This document shows, one piece after another, positions 25,036-34,260 of a stretch of DNA of 64,000 bases (position 1 is its first letter; the number at the start of each line of letters is the position of its first letter). A program made the translations under genes and the position numbers. This stretch comes from Oscillospiraceae bacterium (GTDB lineage Bacteria; Bacillota; Clostridia; Oscillospirales; CAG-272): contig SVRL01000002.1 of the NCBI GenBank assembly GCA_015064845.1, positions 10,508-74,507 on the forward strand. Reading direction: 5' to 3'. The notes under the pieces were generated by a model, which was not told the origin of the DNA, did no database searches, and was given only the letters and a program-made list of their open reading frames with translations.

Positions 25036-27537
25036 TTACCAAGGACGATTATGGCTTTCGTCATAACGAAACATAGCGATGTGTTCCGAGGTTAATTCAT
25101 TTGTGTGTCTGTAGCCGCGTATGTAGTAATAAAAATCTTCCCTATATATATAAATGGTTTCGTATTTGTATAAGTGTTGCATGAATTCAGAAGAAGGTTC
25201 AGCGCTTGCAGAGACGGCTTCTTCTGATAGAATTTGGTCAAATGTTTTCCCAAAATGTTCAGGTAATAAAACATCTCCGCCGGCATTGGCAGATGCCATT
25301 TTATATTCTGAAATATTGTCGTCCAAATCTCCTGCAAAGACAAAAATTACATTTTCAAATTCCGGAACAACTACATTCATAGCTATCGGACTTTGTGCCG
25401 TTATTTTGTATTGGGGATATATAGCGTTAAATTCACTCCATGTGTATTGTTGCTGTAAAATATCATTCAAAATTACGGACAATGAGCTGTTTTGAGACGA
25501 AGAAGTGTTGTTTTGCAAAGAAATAAATTCTAAAAATTTGTTACCTTTTGTTTTTTCGGCGGCTTCCTTTATGGAGATGTACGGTTTGGATGAGGATAAC
25601 TCATCGAATTTTTCTTTGCCGATGGATATTTTGTCGGAATCGGAAATCATATAATACATATTTTGTTGATTGATAGAATCATATCCTTCGGAGCCGTACT
25701 CAAATATCAAATTCAGCTTTGTTCCGTCTGCGGAAAGCGTATATTCCGAATATGACCAATGGTCTGCTCCGTTGCTGCCGCATACGTGCAGGATTTTATC
25801 ATTGTCAATCCAACAGCTTTTTCGGGAATGAAAGTCATCCAGCATAAACGGGTTTCCGTAAACCATTGAAAAAACAGATAAAATCGTACCGTCATCCAGT
25901 AATAAAACCAATTCCGATTCGCCATCTCCGTTTAAATCACAGAATGCGTATCCGTAAGTGTTTTCCGATACGTTGCCAATCAGCGTTGCGCCGTAAAGCT
26001 CCGTATACCACTTTTGAGAAAAGTCAGCATTTCCGCTTTCCGTCGGGTTTTGATGGTTATGAACGATCTCTTTGTACATCTCTATTATCGAATCATATGG
26101 ATTTGTTTTTGCCGTTGTTGTGATGTTTGTATTTTCCGATTTCATTGTAAAAAGCCAGTTTGCTCCGCTTTGTATATATTTTGCATTTGATTTTTCTACC
26201 GTTACATAGATACTGTTATCCCTAAAATCAATTTTGCCGGAAATACGGTTCCAGTCATCCTTAAATGAAATTTCCCCGTCTTTTACCGTTAGGTTCAAGT
26301 AAAAAGTAGTCAATCTATAGATACCTAATTGACATTTGATTTCGCCGTTATCTTGGGGAATAACGGTGAAATCATGCGGCGGGTTGAAATCGTCATACCA
26401 CGTTCCGATATATTTTTCAAAAGAAAACGCCTCAGATTTTATTGCTCCATCGCTTGACGATGATAGCTTCTTTATTTCAAATTTAAAGTTGTCTGTGTTG
26501 TTGCCTGCAACGACGTATCCAACGGAACCGTTATAAAGAATTTTGTGCCAAGTGTATCCGGTTGCCGTTGCGCAATTTTTTTCAAGTATTTCTACGGTGT
26601 CCCCTTTATGTAGTTTTCCAAGACTTTTAAAGCTGGTTCCTGCTTCGGAACGAACATTTAGTGTATCAACGTCAACAAGGGTTCCGTACTCAACATAATT
26701 GCCGAGATATTTCGACATTTCATTGGTTTGCATTTGTTGAGGTATTGCAGGAACAAATGGGATGCCGGATTTTTTTGTTGTGGCGGTCGGATATTGTAAG
26801 AAAATATCATAACGATCTTTCAGGTGTGTTATTTCGTGTACCGTTGCAACACGTTTTACCTCATTTTCAATGATATAATATTCGCAGTTTACATCATCGT
26901 ATCCATATTCAAGTAAGGTTTCAAGTTCTCCGCGATTTGTGATTTGCATTATTTTTGTGTATGAATTTTCTCCTTTCCCATATCCGGTTTTATAGAATAT
27001 TCCATTTTGATCCAATGAAACATAATGATTATTGAAAGAAAACTGATCGAGCAATACGGGTATTTCGTTCATTTGTGTGAAAACGGCATAAATATGGTAC
27101 TGATCGTCCATTAAAATTAATTCTGTTTGAGTGTCACCATTAATATCATAAATGGCATAACCCATCTGAGTTTGGTTTCTATGTGAATTAATCACAAGGG
27201 ATTGTAAAGCCGTTTCTATTGTATAATCATTTGTATCAAAGTACTCTCCGATGGTATGAGTAGCCTCTTCATTATGTTCGTTTGAAAGCAAAATTCGATA
27301 TCTCTTCAAAATATCATCGTAACTATGAAACTTTACTTTTTTTGAAATGTTATCTTCGAGTAAGAGACTGTAGTCATTTTTTACCATTTGTATCGCGTCA
27401 ATTTCAAAATTCGTTTCTGTGGACAACTGAGAATCGGTTGAATTTTCCGAATGAATGCTATCTTTATGATTACAAGAAGTTGCCGTGCTAAGCACCGCAC
27501 AGCAAAGTAAAACGGATAATACTGTTTTTTTGTTCAT
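25036..27537 (-). CDS. Large lipoprotein with an SH3b domain flanked by two homologous FG-GAP/VCBS-like modules
   Basis: 833 aa from the ATG at 27537 (GGAGGA 7 nt upstream). The signal sequence with lipobox is LLCCAVLSTATS-C. The SH3b-like stretch is LNVRSEAGTSFKSLGKLHKGDTVEIL. Paired motifs are AIYDINGDTQTELILMDD and AFCDLNGDGESELVLLLDD. Confidence 0.8.
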   Translation of the reverse strand: MNKKTVLSVLLCCAVLSTATSCNHKDSIHSENSTDSQLSTETNFEIDAIQMVKNDYSLLLEDNISKKVKFHSYDDILKRYRILLSNEHNEEATHTIGEYFDTNDYTIETALQSLVINSHRNQTQMGYAIYDINGDTQTELILMDDQYHIYAVFTQMNEIPVLLDQFSFNNHYVSLDQNGIFYKTGYGKGENSYTKIMQITNRGELETLLEYGYDDVNCEYYIIENEVKRVATVHEITHLKDRYDIFLQYPTATTKKSGIPFVPAIPQQMQTNEMSKYLGNYVEYGTLVDVDTLNVRSEAGTSFKSLGKLHKGDTVEILEKNCATATGYTWHKILYNGSVGYVVAGNNTDNFKFEIKKLSSSSDGAIKSEAFSFEKYIGTWYDDFNPPHDFTVIPQDNGEIKCQLGIYRLTTFYLNLTVKDGEISFKDDWNRISGKIDFRDNSIYVTVEKSNAKYIQSGANWLFTMKSENTNITTTAKTNPYDSIIEMYKEIVHNHQNPTESGNADFSQKWYTELYGATLIGNVSENTYGYAFCDLNGDGESELVLLLDDGTILSVFSMVYGNPFMLDDFHSRKSCWIDNDKILHVCGSNGADHWSYSEYTLSADGTKLNLIFEYGSEGYDSINQQNMYYMISDSDKISIGKEKFDELSSSKPYISIKEAAEKTKGNKFLEFISLQNNTSSSQNSSLSVILNDILQQQYTWSEFNAIYPQYKITAQSPIAMNVVVPEFENVIFVFAGDLDDNISEYKMASANAGGDVLLPEHFGKTFDQILSEEAVSASAEPSSEFMQHLYKYETIYIYREDFYYYIRGYRHTNELTSEHIAMFRYDESHNRPW

Positions 27538-27636
27538 TTTTTCCTCCATTTATTTTTCTTTTATTTTGAGTATGATAGAAAACTTCTAAAAATCAGTTCT
27601 TGAAAATGAATTTTATTGTTGAACTGCACAAAATTC

Positions 27637-27665
27637 ATTCTATCATAGAACTAAATGAAATGCAA
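27637..27665 (-). promoter_or_regulatory. Promoter of the lipoprotein gene with an overlapping palindromic operator
   Basis: On the minus strand: TTGCAT (27665-27660), 17-bp spacer, TAGAAT (27642-27637). The palindrome TTCTAT-C-ATAGAA (27638-27650) overlaps the -10. Confidence 0.5.
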
Positions 27666-27802
27666 GAAAAAGAGAATTTTTTTAAAAAATATTAAATTTT
27701 GAAAATAAATAGCGAGGACACCGATTTTAGAATCGTGCTCTTCGGTACCGCCTTCTGTTTCTTGACAAGGAGAAATTGTTGCAAGCCCAAAAAGAATGAT
27801 TG

Positions 27803-27832
27803 TTGCCGTCAAGATGAAAAAACGAGTAAAAT
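27803..27832 (+). promoter_or_regulatory. Possible promoter of the XRE regulator gene
   Basis: TTGCCG (27803-27808), 18-bp spacer, TAAAAT (27827-27832). This is a weak match. Confidence 0.35.
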
Positions 27833-27912
27833 TTTAATTTTTTCAGAAAATCCTCCTGAAAATTTAGATAAAAAATCAAGATTCTTATCTTTAACATATT
27901 TTTGGAGGATTT

Positions 27913-28155
27913 ATGAAAATTTACGATTATAACGGAAAAAAGAATATTTGCGGCGAACGTGTTCACGAAGCTCGCAACCGTCAACATTTGACACAGAACG
28001 ATTTGGCAGCACGGTTACAGGTTGCGGGGATAACTATCGAAAGAGACAGTATATCTCGTATCGAAATAGGGACACGTTTTGTTGCTGACTATGAATTGCG
28101 GGAGCTTGCCAAACTCTTAAATGTATCTGTGGATTGGCTTTTGGGGATACAGTAA
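27913..28155 (+). CDS. XRE-family HTH transcriptional regulator (80 aa)
   Basis: GERVHEARNRQHLTQNDLAARLQVAGITIERDSISRIEIG is a canonical HTH_3 domain. SD GGAGG. Confidence 0.85.
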   Translation: MKIYDYNGKKNICGERVHEARNRQHLTQNDLAARLQVAGITIERDSISRIEIGTRFVADYELRELAKLLNVSVDWLLGIQ

Positions 28156-28158
28156 ATA

Positions 28159-28201
28159 AAAGGCAATATCAAACCGATTTTGGAATGATATTGCCTTTTT
28201 A
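28159..28201. terminator. Bidirectional terminator (XRE gene / esterase gene)
   Basis: Stem aaaggcaatatc / gatattgccttt, followed by TTTT. Confidence 0.8.
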
Positions 28202-28209
28202 TATCTATG

Positions 28210-29046
28210 TTATTTTGCGGCGTTGCTTTTTGCAATGTCATTCATCCAACGCACACAATCGTAGGTCCAATCGTTGACAGCGGGATAGGACCGGCCGACG
28301 ATCTCGTTGCAAAGGGAAGCGCCGTGCTTACCTTCGGGATAAATGTGCATTTCAAACGGAATCTTGCAGTCGGCAAGCCGTTTTGCAAAGACGAGCGCAT
28401 GTTTGACCGAAACGCCTTCATCGGTACGGGTGTGCCAGATAAATGCCGGAACGGTTTTTTCGGAAACCCGATAGTCGGGAGAAACGGCACGCTGGGCTTC
28501 GGGATCGCGGTTGTTGCCGAGAATTTTTTGAAAAGAACTCTTATGTCCGTGAACGTCGATGGAAGTGACCGCATAGGAAAGAATCATTCCCGTGGGGCGG
28601 TTATAGCCTTTTTCCATGCCGAGAAGTGCTTCGATCTCGTCGTTGTCCCACATCGTACCCAGAGAAGCGGCAAGATGTCCTCCTGCGGAAAAGCCGATAA
28701 CGAAAACGTTTTCGGAATCCACGTGAAGCTCTTCCGCATGGTCGCGGATATATTTCATTGCGGCGGAGGCATCCAAAAGAGGTGTCGGCCAAAGCGGATT
28801 TCCCGTTGCCAAGGTGGTATATTCCAGAATAAACGCATTAAAACCGGAAGCTAAAAAATGATGTGCGATCGGTTCGGATTCGATGCCTGCGCAGGCAGTA
28901 TAACCGCCGCCCGGAAGAATCAGAATGGCTTTTCGTTTGTCATTGAATGGCAAAGCGGGATGCGTTCCCGCAACATAGGTTGTCAGAGTGATATTCGGAC
29001 GGTCAGGGAAAAGGGATATGATTTCGGTTTTATGAGGTGTAAACAT
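28210..29046 (-). CDS. Alpha/beta hydrolase (esterase)
   Basis: 278 aa. Has the nucleophile elbow GFSAGGHLA, a LPGGGY oxyanion region and a C-terminal His (EGKHG). Confidence 0.8.
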   Translation of the reverse strand: MFTPHKTEIISLFPDRPNITLTTYVAGTHPALPFNDKRKAILILPGGGYTACAGIESEPIAHHFLASGFNAFILEYTTLATGNPLWPTPLLDASAAMKYIRDHAEELHVDSENVFVIGFSAGGHLAASLGTMWDNDEIEALLGMEKGYNRPTGMILSYAVTSIDVHGHKSSFQKILGNNRDPEAQRAVSPDYRVSEKTVPAFIWHTRTDEGVSVKHALVFAKRLADCKIPFEMHIYPEGKHGASLCNEIVGRSYPAVNDWTYDCVRWMNDIAKSNAAK

Positions 29047-29090
29047 AGATAAGTCTCCTTTTGCTCATATCGCTATTTTTTAAACAAGCC

Positions 29091-30503
29091 TTAGGTTTTG
29101 CTGTCATTTCTTCTTAAAAGGGGAAGCAGATCAAAGACGGTCTTAACGGGAATCAACGTGGTTTCGGGAGAAACTTTGAGTTCCGTTTTTCCGAGATTAC
29201 GGCTGGGAATCACGATTTTTTTAAAGCCGAGACGCTCGCCTTCTCTGACACGCTGTTCAATACGGGAGACGGCTCGGACTTCTCCCGAAAGGCCGATTTC
29301 TCCAATGCAAAGCAGATCGTCGGGCAAGGGAATATCACGCAGACTGGAGATCATGGCACAAGCCATACCCGCATCCGATGCGGTTTCTTCGATCTTAATT
29401 CCGCCGATGACGTTGATATAAACATCCGAAGAAGAAAAACGCAGTCCAAGCCGCTTTTCCAGAACGGCAAGAATCAGATAAACACGGTTATAATCAATAC
29501 CCGTGGACATTCGTTTTGGTGAAGGAAAGACGGTTGTTGTTGCCAAAGACTGTATCTCCGCAATGATCGGTCGTGTACCCTCAATAACGCAGACGGCGCA
29601 GTTACCCGAAACGCCCTGCGGACGGTCGGCAAGCAACATTTCCGAAGGACTTGCCACTTCCTGTAAGCCCTTTTCCGTCATTTCAAAAACACCAAGCTCG
29701 TTGGTGGAGCCGAAACGGTTTTTGATTGCACGGATGACACGGCAATTCTGGCGGCTTTCGCCCTCAAAATAGAGAACAGTATCTACCATATGCTCCAGCA
29801 CCTTCGGTCCGGCGATACTACCTTCTTTATTGACATGGCCGACGAGAAGAACGGCGGTATTTTCAGTTTTTGCTTTTCCGATGAAAACACCTGCGCATTC
29901 ACGGATTTGAGTAACGCTTCCGGGAACGGTGTTGCTTTCATTGTGGTACATCGTCTGAATGGAGTCCACGATGAGAATATCGGGATTCAATTTGGTCATG
30001 CTTTTGAGAATTTTTTCTACGTTGGTTTCCGTCAGAACGTAAAGCTTTCCGCTTTTGAGCCCCAAGCGTTTGGCGCGCATGGAAATCTGAGAAACGGATT
30101 CTTCTCCCGAAACGTAAAGCACCGTGCGGTCTGCCGCAAGGCTTGCGCAGATTTGCAGAAGAAGCGTGGATTTACCGATGCCCGGTTCGCCCGAAAGCAA
30201 AACCACGGAGCCTTCCACAAGGCCTCCGCCCAGCACGCGGTCAAATTCTCCGATTCCCGTGCTTCGGCGCAAATAATCGGGAAGCGGTTCTCCCGTCAGC
30301 TGACGGGGTTCGGAATCTCCTGAGGTTCCTGCAAGCATGGAATGTCTGCGTGCGGCGGGAGAGGATGATTTTTCGGGTGTTTCCTGCTCGTATGTTTCTT
30401 CCGAAAAGGTGTTCCAATTTCCGCATTGCGGACATCTTCCCATCCATTTTGCACTTTGATAATCACATTCCGAGCATACGTAAACGGTTCTTGCTTTTTT
30501 CAT
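29091..30503 (-). CDS. radA: DNA repair protein RadA/Sms
   Basis: 470 aa. Has the zinc finger CSECDYQSAKWMGRCPQCGNW, Walker A GEPGIGKST, the KNRFG motif and a Lon-like C-terminus. Confidence 0.95.
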   Translation of the reverse strand: MKKARTVYVCSECDYQSAKWMGRCPQCGNWNTFSEETYEQETPEKSSSPAARRHSMLAGTSGDSEPRQLTGEPLPDYLRRSTGIGEFDRVLGGGLVEGSVVLLSGEPGIGKSTLLLQICASLAADRTVLYVSGEESVSQISMRAKRLGLKSGKLYVLTETNVEKILKSMTKLNPDILIVDSIQTMYHNESNTVPGSVTQIRECAGVFIGKAKTENTAVLLVGHVNKEGSIAGPKVLEHMVDTVLYFEGESRQNCRVIRAIKNRFGSTNELGVFEMTEKGLQEVASPSEMLLADRPQGVSGNCAVCVIEGTRPIIAEIQSLATTTVFPSPKRMSTGIDYNRVYLILAVLEKRLGLRFSSSDVYINVIGGIKIEETASDAGMACAMISSLRDIPLPDDLLCIGEIGLSGEVRAVSRIEQRVREGERLGFKKIVIPSRNLGKTELKVSPETTLIPVKTVFDLLPLLRRNDSKT

Positions 30504-30509
30504 TTTCTT

Positions 30510-31130
30510 TTACCGGATAAAATTCGTGCGGAGCTTAGGTTCATATTCGGGATATTTCACACCCGCCGCTTTTCCCGCTTCAATCGAGCGGAGGAGCCAC
30601 GTCATATTTTGCGCGAGCACGCGAACGGTTTGCAGACCTTCTTCATCGCGTAGAACTTCTTCGGGCGTGTTGCCGTGGACCTGATTCCAATATTGAGAGG
30701 TTACGACGGGCATATTGGTCATCATGAAATATTTATTGATGATCTCAAATGCAGCGGAAGCGCCGCCTCTTCTGCAAGATACGACGGTTGCCGCGGGTTT
30801 GCCTTTCATTTTACCGCCTGCCGCATAGAAAAGACGGTCAAGAAAAGATGTGATCTGTCCCGAAACACCCGCATAATAAACGGGAGAACCAACGATCATA
30901 CCGTCAATTTCATCAAGCTGATCAATCACATCGTTGACAGTATCGTTATAAACGCAATATCCGGTTTTTCTGCAACCGCCGCAAGCAACGCATCCTGCAA
31001 CGGGTTTTTTACCGAAATAAATGATTTCCGTTTCAATTCCGTTTTGTTCAAAAACTTTGCGCGCTTCATTCAACGCGGTATAGGTACAGCCGAATTCGTT
31101 CGGGCTGCCGTTAATCAGTAATACTTTCAT
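30510..31130 (-). CDS. Iron-sulfur flavoprotein / NADPH-dependent FMN reductase family
   Basis: 206 aa. Starts MKVLLINGSP. Has the compact Cys cluster CVACGGCRKTGYC. Confidence 0.8.
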   Translation of the reverse strand: MKVLLINGSPNEFGCTYTALNEARKVFEQNGIETEIIYFGKKPVAGCVACGGCRKTGYCVYNDTVNDVIDQLDEIDGMIVGSPVYYAGVSGQITSFLDRLFYAAGGKMKGKPAATVVSCRRGGASAAFEIINKYFMMTNMPVVTSQYWNQVHGNTPEEVLRDEEGLQTVRVLAQNMTWLLRSIEAGKAAGVKYPEYEPKLRTNFIR

Positions 31131-31190
31131 GGTAAACCTCTTTCAAAATAAAATTCTATATCTATATTATATATTGCGGCGCGTATAAAA

Positions 31191-31898
31191 TCAATCGCAT
31201 TTTGGTTTTATTTCAATCTTTTTCAATCGAAGTGTGCGTAAAACTTCTTTTGTTTCGGGAGAAATGCGGAAACTGTCGCACGCTTTGGAAATGGTTTTAT
31301 TATGAACCCATGCAGAAAGCCTCGTTTCTTTCAGATAGGGTAAGGTTGCATCGTATTGCTTGATGAGCGCTTCCGCAAAGAGCCATGCTTTTGCCATTTC
31401 AGTATAATAGGAATCCAAAGAAACGGCAGCCGCTTTTTCAAGATATATGGGAGAAAAATCATCATCAAGGTAATGCTTCATTAGCATAACAAGACCGAAA
31501 CGGGCGGTATATACGTGATTGGAAGAAAGCCATTTTTCAATAAAGGGGAGTAAATTTTTTTTGTGCTTGGCGAAGATTTTCGGAGACATCGTATCACAAG
31601 TCGCCCAATTGTCCACGTATGGCAAAAATAAATCCAAAGCTTCTACGGTTTTTTCGAAATCTCCGATGGTTTCAATCAAAAAAGCGTGGAGATTGTTTTC
31701 TTCGTAATAGGTGTGCGGTAAATTTTCCATAAAAGCGGAAGCTTCTTCGGTTTTTGCAAATTCACGCGCGAAACGTCGGAGTACGGGGGTGCGTATGCCG
31801 ATGATAGTTTCGCTTGATACGGTAGGCATCAGCTTTTCTTGAAAAGTTTTATATTTTATATCCTGTAAGGCAAAGAGTTGTTTTTGGATATTATTCAT
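31191..31898 (-). CDS. DNA alkylation repair protein (AlkD-like HEAT-repeat family)
   Basis: 235 aa. The N-terminus QDIKYKTFQEKLMPTVSSETIIGIRTPVLRRFAREF is typical of this family. Confidence 0.8.
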   Translation of the reverse strand: MNNIQKQLFALQDIKYKTFQEKLMPTVSSETIIGIRTPVLRRFAREFAKTEEASAFMENLPHTYYEENNLHAFLIETIGDFEKTVEALDLFLPYVDNWATCDTMSPKIFAKHKKNLLPFIEKWLSSNHVYTARFGLVMLMKHYLDDDFSPIYLEKAAAVSLDSYYTEMAKAWLFAEALIKQYDATLPYLKETRLSAWVHNKTISKACDSFRISPETKEVLRTLRLKKIEIKPKCD

Positions 31899-32121
31899 AT
31901 TTTTCTCCTATGTAGAGAAAACGCGGGATTTTTTCTCCGTTTTGTTCTACCTGCTCCATCCAGAGAGAAAGCGGTCTGCCCCAGATATCGCCTTCTCCGT
32001 AAAGTGCGCGGTAAACGACCATATCCTCCATAGTTTCGGAATGCTTTGCAACGGCAAGAGCTTCATAGAAATTTCCTTTGAAATGGCGGTAAACGCCGAG
32101 AGAAATCGTTGTTTTTTTCAT
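31891..32121 (-). CDS. DUF1653 domain protein
   Basis: 76 aa. YRHFKGNFYEALAVAKHSETMEDMVVYRALYG matches the family as I recall it. It overlaps the downstream gene by 8 nt. Confidence 0.8.
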   Translation of the reverse strand: MKKTTISLGVYRHFKGNFYEALAVAKHSETMEDMVVYRALYGEGDIWGRPLSLWMEQVEQNGEKIPRFLYIGEKYE

Positions 32122-32149
32122 TGTTGTTTCACTTTCGTTTTTTGATAGA

Positions 32150-32183
32150 AAAATTCCTGTGGCGGAAAATTTCCACCACAGGA
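32150..32183 (-). terminator. Terminator of the DUF4886 lipoprotein gene
   Basis: Stem cctgtggcgg / ccaccacagg (one mismatch). A U-rich tract follows on the minus strand. Confidence 0.6.
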
Positions 32184-32225
32184 GATTCTTGTGTGGGTTA
32201 AAATTTATTTATTACGCGAAAATCA

Positions 32226-34154
32226 TCAATTTTTCGGAACGTAAATGCGGAGCGCGTTGATATCCGCATAGGAAAGCGCGGATGCTTCGCCTGCGGCAGC
32301 GATATTGAATGCACGATAGTTGTAGGAACCCCACCAAGCATCGTCAACGATAACGGTGGCTGCGTTTGTAACGTCGGGGCGTGCCGCATTGGAAACGGTA
32401 AGATCGGTCCAGCCTTCGGGACGGTATTCATAACCGGATTTCAAGGAAATTACGGTGCCGTTGGGAAGGTCGGTTTTATCGAAGATCTGTGTTGCGATGT
32501 ACTTGGGAAGTGCATCGGAGCTGTAAGTTTTGCCGTAATACAAACCGGAAGCGTTTGTGGATTTGTAGAATGCCGCGAGTGTCAGATCGAGATTCAAAAC
32601 CTGATAAGCGGAAGCATCCTTGCCTGCGGCAGAGAGAACAGCAATGTCTTCCTGTGTCAGGGCAGAATATTTTTCAAATTTAGGTGTCTTTTTGGGCACG
32701 TAAATGCGGAGCTTATCCAAGTCAGATTCTTGCAATTCCGTATTTGCGGTAGTAGATTTCAAATTGAAAGCGCGATATTGGAAAATATTCCACCAAGCAT
32801 CGTCAACGATCGTTGTTTGTGTGGATTTTTGAGGAGCAAGGTTTGCAGGAGTTCTCTGTCCGAGACTAATCCATGCTTCGGGACTGAATTCATAACCGGG
32901 AGCAATGGAAATGATTGAACCAACGGGAAGCTGATCGCGTGTAAAGATATTGGAAGCGGCGTTATAGGGGAGAGATTTGTTGGTGGGTGAAAGCTTAACA
33001 TTCAGTTTCTTTGAATGGTTTGTGCAGGAGTAAAGTGAACGAAGTTCCATATCCAGATCCAGAACAAGATAATCATCAGGGTTATAGCCGAGTGCGATGA
33101 TCGCTTGTTTATCAGCATCCGTCATTTCTTCGGTAACGATGGGCTTTTTGGTATAAATGGAAGGTGTAACCGTCAGAGGATTTTTGATTGCTTGATTGAC
33201 GGCATAGGCAATTGCGGCTTGGTCTTCCGCGATTTTCGGATAATCTTCGGGTACCCAATCGATATATCTGGCATCGATACCGGTAAAGAAGGAGAACCAT
33301 GTGAGCGCGGTTGTATATCTGCCGATATCCAAGCTCATATGATAACCGTCTCGGGTAATTGCGTCATCCAGATAGGATGTGCGCAGGTTTTGAACGGCAG
33401 TGCCTGAGGGAATTGCGCCGCTGATCAGATCATATTTTGCTACGTGATCATTGAAAGTGGAAATGATGGCGTTATACATTTGCATCTGGCTGTTTCCGTA
33501 AGCGGGGAAGCCTGTGTGGGAAGAAGAGAACTGGTATGCCCAGGTTGAATGCCAATAAATTTTTGCGTCGGCATTCGTTTTATTGGTGTTGATATAATTC
33601 AGAATGTTCTGGAGATTGCCGAGCGTATTCGGATTACCGCTGTCCTGGCTGACCTGTTGAACGGTAATGTAATCCCAGTCTTCCAATTTAAGTGCATGAA
33701 GAATGGATTTTTCTTTATTTGTTTCCCATTTTCCGCTCTTGTTATAATAGAATGTATACTTTTCAGCGTTTTTACTCATATTTTCCCAATGGGTATCAAG
33801 AGAACAACCGCCAATATAAAGGTTGCCGATGACAACTTCGTCAATTCCTGCATCGTGGAAAATATCCCAAAGATATTGCGTTGCATCTTCGCTGAAACTG
33901 TTGCCGATTGCAAGAATTTTAATGGATTGGGGAATGGTTTCGGGTTGTTGCATGGGTTCTTCTGTGACGGAAGATTCTTCCGTTTCGGAAGAAGAAGTGG
34001 ATTCCGAAGAGGAAGAGGATTCAGAAGAGGAAGAGGAGGTGGATTCTCCGTTAGGGGTGCTTTCAGAGGTGTTATTTGCGTTGTTGTTCGAACAGCCGCA
34101 GAAAAGTACTGCCGCCATGCAGAAGACGAGGACGAAGCAAAGTAAGCGTTTCAT
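32226..34154 (-). CDS. DUF4886-family lipoprotein with a Ser-rich linker and a duplicated C-terminal module
   Basis: 642 aa. The lipobox is LFCG-C. The linker is SSSSSESSSSSESTSSSETEESS. The ILAIGNSFSEDA motif is present. Two ~140-aa repeats each end in LRIYVPK(K/N). Confidence 0.8.
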   Translation of the reverse strand: MKRLLCFVLVFCMAAVLFCGCSNNNANNTSESTPNGESTSSSSSESSSSSESTSSSETEESSVTEEPMQQPETIPQSIKILAIGNSFSEDATQYLWDIFHDAGIDEVVIGNLYIGGCSLDTHWENMSKNAEKYTFYYNKSGKWETNKEKSILHALKLEDWDYITVQQVSQDSGNPNTLGNLQNILNYINTNKTNADAKIYWHSTWAYQFSSSHTGFPAYGNSQMQMYNAIISTFNDHVAKYDLISGAIPSGTAVQNLRTSYLDDAITRDGYHMSLDIGRYTTALTWFSFFTGIDARYIDWVPEDYPKIAEDQAAIAYAVNQAIKNPLTVTPSIYTKKPIVTEEMTDADKQAIIALGYNPDDYLVLDLDMELRSLYSCTNHSKKLNVKLSPTNKSLPYNAASNIFTRDQLPVGSIISIAPGYEFSPEAWISLGQRTPANLAPQKSTQTTIVDDAWWNIFQYRAFNLKSTTANTELQESDLDKLRIYVPKKTPKFEKYSALTQEDIAVLSAAGKDASAYQVLNLDLTLAAFYKSTNASGLYYGKTYSSDALPKYIATQIFDKTDLPNGTVISLKSGYEYRPEGWTDLTVSNAARPDVTNAATVIVDDAWWGSYNYRAFNIAAAGEASALSYADINALRIYVPKN

Positions 34155-34193
34155 GAAAAATCTCCTTTATGTAAATGATGATTTGAAAAATTC

Positions 34194-34221
34194 AAAAACG
34201 GGAGATGTTCTCCCGTTTTTG
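34194..34221 (-). terminator. Rho-independent terminator of kdgK
   Basis: aaaaacgggaga-tgt-tctcccgttttt. Confidence 0.8.
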
Positions 34222-34260
34222 ATATGCTTTTGGGATGATTATGGATAAATTTTATAAAAC

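Noticed and set aside
28207-28854. 215-aa ORF antisense to the esterase gene
   Set aside because: It is a codon-aligned shadow ORF. The minus strand carries the GFSAGGH nucleophile elbow.
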